NCBI GenBank assembly: GCA_963767835.1
Contig: CAVYFY010000029.1
Coordinates: forward strand, 40,871-104,870
Length of the DNA stretch: 64,000 nt
Direction: 5' to 3'
Origin: an uncultured Planctomycetota bacterium
GTDB lineage: Bacteria > Planctomycetota > Planctomycetia > Gemmatales > Gemmataceae
Shown piece after piece: positions 59,895 through 64,000 of the stretch (positions are counted from its first letter, which is position 1; every line of letters starts with the position of its first letter). A program made the translations under genes and the position numbers. The notes beneath the pieces were generated by a model. That model was not told where the DNA came from, did not search any database, and saw nothing but the letters and a program-made list of their open reading frames with translations.

Positions 59895-61495
59895 CCGCGA
59901 TTCTCTTCGTCATCCTCGGCGCTGCGATCTATCAGACCGCGCTCTGGCTGGGCGGTTGGGGCAACACGAATGATTCCAACGTCAAGCCGCTCGAAGGCAG
60001 CGATCAGGAAATCGCCTTCATCGAGCCGGCCACCGGCATCGATGATTGGGGCCGGCTCGTCACCGCTTTGCAACTCATGGAAATGGATTGGCCGAAGATC
60101 AATCCTGGACTGCCCGCTGTCAAACTCTCGCTTGACGACGCCTTTCCCCCGCTGACCGCCGATGTGCCGGAGGTTGTTTTCAGCTTTACGAACAATCCCG
60201 CGCAAAAGTTGCGGCTGCGTTGGTACAAGATCAGCGGCGAGCACGATGCCGGGTCGTGGGTGCGAAAATTGCGCGAACGGCCGCGCCAGCCGCTTGCCAT
60301 CGTCGGCGGCGGCACGAGCGAACGCGCCGTCAAGCTCGCGCGCCGTCTGCAAGAAACTTATCCGGATGCCGAAGAAGCTTCGCCGGTGCTGCTGATCACG
60401 ACCGCGACTGCCGAGAAAACCAAGAAGGGGAATTCGCTGATTGACGTGTACAAGGGCCGCACGTTTCGCTTCTCGTTCACCAATCAAAAGATGGTCGATG
60501 CGCTCTTGAAATTTGTCGAGCATCGGCACTATCCCGACGCGGAGAAAGCGTGGGCGCAGAACTTGTGGGTGTACAAGAATGCCGATGCCCCGCCTCCCGT
60601 CGACGCCATGCACGCCGTCACCTGGCTGGATGAGCGCTACTCGCAGGACATGACCGAGCTGTTCGAGCAGAAATTTCTGGAGAGAAATCCGCAGGGTAAA
60701 TTCTTCCACGAAGGGCCGATCAGCTTCGGCGTCGGCGGGTTCTATCATCCGTCGCAGCAGGAGCAGTACGCCGTGGGCATCTTCCTGGCCCGGCCTGGCG
60801 GGGTGGCGCCGCATTCCATCCTGGTGCTGCCGACGCAAACGGTGCGCATGCGCCGCTTCCTCATCAATCTGCGCCAGCGCTCGCCGCTGGACGCGCGCAA
60901 TCTCGTCGTCCTCAACGGCGACGCGATCTCGTTCCACTCCGTCTATCGCGATCGCGACGTGACCTGGAACATCCTCGATTTGCCTTATTCGCTGGTTTTC
61001 TTCGCGCACCGCAATCCGATCGATCCAGCCGCTGGGTTCACGTGGACCAAGGACGACCGCCCCGAATCCAATCAAACCTTCCCGCATCGCAGCACGAGCG
61101 GGACGCATGATGTCCTCCTGTATCGCGATGTTTTCGAGGCGTTGCTCTACGCGGTCGGCGATGGGGGCAACTTGCTCGACGATCCGCATCAGGTGCGACG
61201 CCGGCTGCAATCGACTTGCTGGTATCATCCGCCGCCGGAGAAGATCGGCCAGGAAAACGCCCGCGTCTGCAATGCCGAGGTCCATTCCTTTGCCAATCGC
61301 CAGCCGCTCTTTGACGCGGACGGCAATCGCCAAAGCCACACCGGCGAGCACATCGTTTGGGTCAAGCCGAATTTCACGGACGAGCGCGTCGATATGACGA
61401 GCAAGATCAGCGTTTGGTTTGTGCAGCCGCCGGCGAGCGGCGGCAGCTGGCAGCTCCTCGATTCGCATGATGCTCTTTACAACCAATCCCCTTGA
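59870..61495 (+). CDS. membrane-anchored hypothetical protein (541 aa), possible extracytoplasmic partner of the downstream kinase
   Basis: N-terminal TM ALTAILFVILGAAIYQTALWL, long ORF; 12 nt before the histidine kinase gene. Confidence 0.5.
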   Translation: MRLFRWALTAILFVILGAAIYQTALWLGGWGNTNDSNVKPLEGSDQEIAFIEPATGIDDWGRLVTALQLMEMDWPKINPGLPAVKLSLDDAFPPLTADVPEVVFSFTNNPAQKLRLRWYKISGEHDAGSWVRKLRERPRQPLAIVGGGTSERAVKLARRLQETYPDAEEASPVLLITTATAEKTKKGNSLIDVYKGRTFRFSFTNQKMVDALLKFVEHRHYPDAEKAWAQNLWVYKNADAPPPVDAMHAVTWLDERYSQDMTELFEQKFLERNPQGKFFHEGPISFGVGGFYHPSQQEQYAVGIFLARPGGVAPHSILVLPTQTVRMRRFLINLRQRSPLDARNLVVLNGDAISFHSVYRDRDVTWNILDLPYSLVFFAHRNPIDPAAGFTWTKDDRPESNQTFPHRSTSGTHDVLLYRDVFEALLYAVGDGGNLLDDPHQVRRRLQSTCWYHPPPEKIGQENARVCNAEVHSFANRQPLFDADGNRQSHTGEHIVWVKPNFTDERVDMTSKISVWFVQPPASGGSWQLLDSHDALYNQSP

Positions 61496-61507
61496 GGATC
61501 GCCAGCC

Positions 61508-63217
61508 GTGACCCCTGAGCCCTCCTGGCGGCGTCGGATTCTACAGGCCTGGCCCGTGCTCGTGCCGCTCCTGTTGGCCGCCATCGCCCTCTACTTCCTG
61601 CGCGAGCCGATCTACTATTGGCGGCAGGGCGAATCGCTCTACGACGAGCAAGCGATCCAGGAATGGGTGCGCGAAGCGCGCGTCGGCTCAAGCAGCTTGC
61701 CAGAAATGCTCAAGGATTTCTTCGACCACGCTGCGGAGAGTAGCGCCGATTTGCGAGCCGATCCGGGATCGGCCGCGCGCATCCGCGCCGAGCATAAACA
61801 GAAGCGCGAGGAGATTCAGCAATTCCTCGCGGCGCTGTGCGTGCCGCCGACGAAGATCTACGCCGGCCAACTCCCCTTATTTCCGATCATTTATCGCGTG
61901 GAAGTGCGCTTCGACGACGCCCTCAAAAAGAAATACGATCCCTCGCTCGATTTCGAGCCGATCGTCTGGGACTCCGAGAGCCCGCGCCATCCGAACCAGT
62001 ATCGTGAGCTAACGGACTACCAGATCTCCCGCGACGAGGGGGCCAAGATCTACGTGCAGTATCAGCTGCACGCCTATCTGCAAAAGCAATTTCACGAACG
62101 CGAGGATGACGCCAAGCGCCGGCTCACCAACCTGTGGGTGCTCGTCTTCGCCTTCGTCGCCCTCTTGTGGATGTTGCTGATGCAGCGCCGCCAGGACGCC
62201 CGCGAACGCCAGCGCCTGCAAACCGAACAGCAAATTCAGGAATCGCGGCAAAAGCACCTCGAGGAAGAATTGCGCCGCCAGGAAGCCGAACGCAAGCAAG
62301 AGGAGGCCGAGCGCAAGCAGCTTGAGCTCAAGTCGCAGATGTTTCACTCGATCGGCATCATGGCGAAATCGTATGCCCACAACATCAAGAACTTGCTCGT
62401 GCGCCCCAATGACTTGCTGCGCCGCTGCCTGGAGGAAGAACCCGCCACTCAAGACAAGGCAGGCATGCTCCGGGAAATTCAACAGACGCTTGGCACCGTC
62501 ACCGAGCGTTTGCAGGAAATCTTGCAGACGGTGCAGCGCGATCCGCACAAGTTCGAGCGCGTGCGCATCGATCTAAACGCGCTGGCTCAGGACTTGCACA
62601 AGACCTGGGCCGAGCAGGCCGAGACCAAGTGGAAGATGGTCGTGGAGCTCGATCTGTACCATGCGACCCCTCTACCTCAGGGAGAGGGGCACGGGGTGAG
62701 GGCAGCCACCGAACTGACGCCGATCCACGTCAGCGGCGACCGCTCGCACTTGCAGCAAATGCTGGAGAATTTTCTATTTAACGCCCGGGACGCAATCGGG
62801 GAGATGCGTAATTACCTGCGCAAGCAAGCGCGGCCGGAAGGCGTCGAAGGACATGGGCCGCTTGATGAAGCGCAACGTCAGGCGCTGATCGCCGCCGCCG
62901 GCTGGAAGGGCCGCGTGGTCATCCGCACGGCGCTGATCGGCGGACACCCCGTCATTGAGGTGGAAGACAACGGCATCGGCATGACGCAGGAAACGCGCGA
63001 TCATTGCACGGAGCCAAATTTCTCGACCAAACGCAACAACGCGCTCTACGCTGGCTTGAGCGCTGGCATGGGCCTGGGCTTGTCGTTTGTACAGATGATC
63101 CTCGAACATCACGGAGCGACTCTCGAAATCGATTCGGAGCCGCTCAAGGGCGCTCGCTTGCGCGTTCGCTTCCCGGCCGCCGGCGCGCGGCCAGCGCAAG
63201 AGTCCGCGCGGCCGTAG
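61508..63217 (+). CDS. sensor histidine kinase (TM, coiled coil, HisKA-like, HATPase_c)
   Basis: EELRRQEAERKQEEAERKQ coiled coil, H-box region MFHSIGIMAKSYAHNIKN, N-box NFLFNARDAI, G-boxes EDNGIGM and GMGLGLSFV. Confidence 0.75.
   Translation: MTPEPSWRRRILQAWPVLVPLLLAAIALYFLREPIYYWRQGESLYDEQAIQEWVREARVGSSSLPEMLKDFFDHAAESSADLRADPGSAARIRAEHKQKREEIQQFLAALCVPPTKIYAGQLPLFPIIYRVEVRFDDALKKKYDPSLDFEPIVWDSESPRHPNQYRELTDYQISRDEGAKIYVQYQLHAYLQKQFHEREDDAKRRLTNLWVLVFAFVALLWMLLMQRRQDARERQRLQTEQQIQESRQKHLEEELRRQEAERKQEEAERKQLELKSQMFHSIGIMAKSYAHNIKNLLVRPNDLLRRCLEEEPATQDKAGMLREIQQTLGTVTERLQEILQTVQRDPHKFERVRIDLNALAQDLHKTWAEQAETKWKMVVELDLYHATPLPQGEGHGVRAATELTPIHVSGDRSHLQQMLENFLFNARDAIGEMRNYLRKQARPEGVEGHGPLDEAQRQALIAAAGWKGRVVIRTALIGGHPVIEVEDNGIGMTQETRDHCTEPNFSTKRNNALYAGLSAGMGLGLSFVQMILEHHGATLEIDSEPLKGARLRVRFPAAGARPAQESARP
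62666..62703. repeat. R1 GC-rich palindromic unit (single), in frame in the histidine kinase CDS
   Basis: cccctctacctcagggagaggggcacggggtgaggg, encoding ATPLPQGEGHGVRAA. Confidence 0.75.
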
Positions 63218-63307
63218 GAAATCTTCCTACTCCCTTTACAGCGGCTTCAAACGCGGCATATACTTATCTGGTAAGCTGGGTAGATTCAATGTGCGGAGGA
63301 AAACGCC

Positions 63308-64000
63308 ATGTGCGGTATCGTGGGATTTACCGGGCGGCGCGAGGCGCAACCCATTTTACTAGAAGGGCTTTCGCGGCTTGAGTATCGCGGTTACGATAGC
63401 GCGGGGCTGGCAACCGTCAACGGCAAGCTCCTGATTAAAAAGTCCGTCGGCCGCGTTGCCGACCTGCGCAAATTGATCGAACCGCATCCGCTCGCCGGAA
63501 ATTTGGGCATCTGCCATACCCGCTGGGCGACGCACGGCAACGTCACCGAGGCCAACGCCCACCCCCATCTCGGCGGCGACGGCGCGGTCGCCGTCGTCCA
63601 TAACGGCGTCATCGAAAACTACGATCCCATCAAGCGTCAATTGCAACAGCAGGGCTTCCGGTTCCACAGCCAAACGGATACCGAAGTCATCGCCCACCTG
63701 ATCGCGTCGCTCCTGGTGGACGATCTTGCCGCCGCCGTCCGCAAGGCCCTCGTGCTTCTGAAGGGAACCTATGGCCTCGCGGTGGTCAGTCCGCGCTTCC
63801 CCAATGTTCTCGTCGGCGCACGCCTCGGCAGCCCTCTCGTTGTCGGCCTTGGGGATCGAGAGATGTTCCTCGCCAGCGACGCCAGCGCCCTGGTCGGCCT
63901 CGCCCAGCGCGTGGTCTATCTCGACGATCATCAGATGTGCGTGCTGACGCCGGACGCTTACGAGATTCTCGATGCCAATAATTCGTCCATGAGCGCGGAG
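63308..64000 (+). CDS. glmS: glutamine--fructose-6-phosphate aminotransferase, 3'-partial
   Basis: MCGIVGF (N-terminal Cys nucleophile), RLEYRGYDSAG, RWATHG. Confidence 0.85.
   Translation, partial: MCGIVGFTGRREAQPILLEGLSRLEYRGYDSAGLATVNGKLLIKKSVGRVADLRKLIEPHPLAGNLGICHTRWATHGNVTEANAHPHLGGDGAVAVVHNGVIENYDPIKRQLQQQGFRFHSQTDTEVIAHLIASLLVDDLAAAVRKALVLLKGTYGLAVVSPRFPNVLVGARLGSPLVVGLGDREMFLASDASALVGLAQRVVYLDDHQMCVLTPDAYEILDANNSSMSAE

Overview
This 64 kb window looks like chromosomal DNA from a Planctomycetota-like bacterium (my inference from gene content, not from any search). Evidence for that is the high GC content and several hallmark families: two PSCyt/DUF1549/DUF1553 'planctomycete cytochrome c' proteins, DUF1559, DUF1571, DUF1080, a membrane-bound-dehydrogenase/heme-binding protein, and a Rieske/cytochrome b fused to dihaem c/cytochrome c' operon. 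Coding density is high, about 55 plausible CDS on both strands. Housekeeping genes include dinG, rsmH, an argB-argD-argF cluster, kdsA, phhB, an assimilatory sulfite reductase and the start of glmS. The accessory content is unusually rich. (1) At least five families of short palindromic or MITE-like repeats are present, and three of them sit in frame inside coding genes. (2) A group II intron with a reverse-transcriptase/maturase ORF lies antisense between a gene and its rho-independent terminator. (3) A low-GC islet carries a PD-(D/E)XK nuclease followed by a DUF433 gene and a truncated DUF5615 toxin. (4) There are VapBC and ParD-like small-gene modules. (5) A ~120 bp duplicate of the dinG 3' end is present. 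(6) Telomere-like TTAGGGG heptamer arrays lie upstream of a LysM/Pro-rich membrane protein. Important caveat: at least 12 conserved genes show single-base frame breaks, about one per 4-5 kb and often at homopolymers. This is more likely indel error from an uncorrected long-read or metagenome assembly than real pseudogenes. CDS spans are given as merged open reading frames with the break noted. I saw no rRNA, tRNA or CRISPR array.
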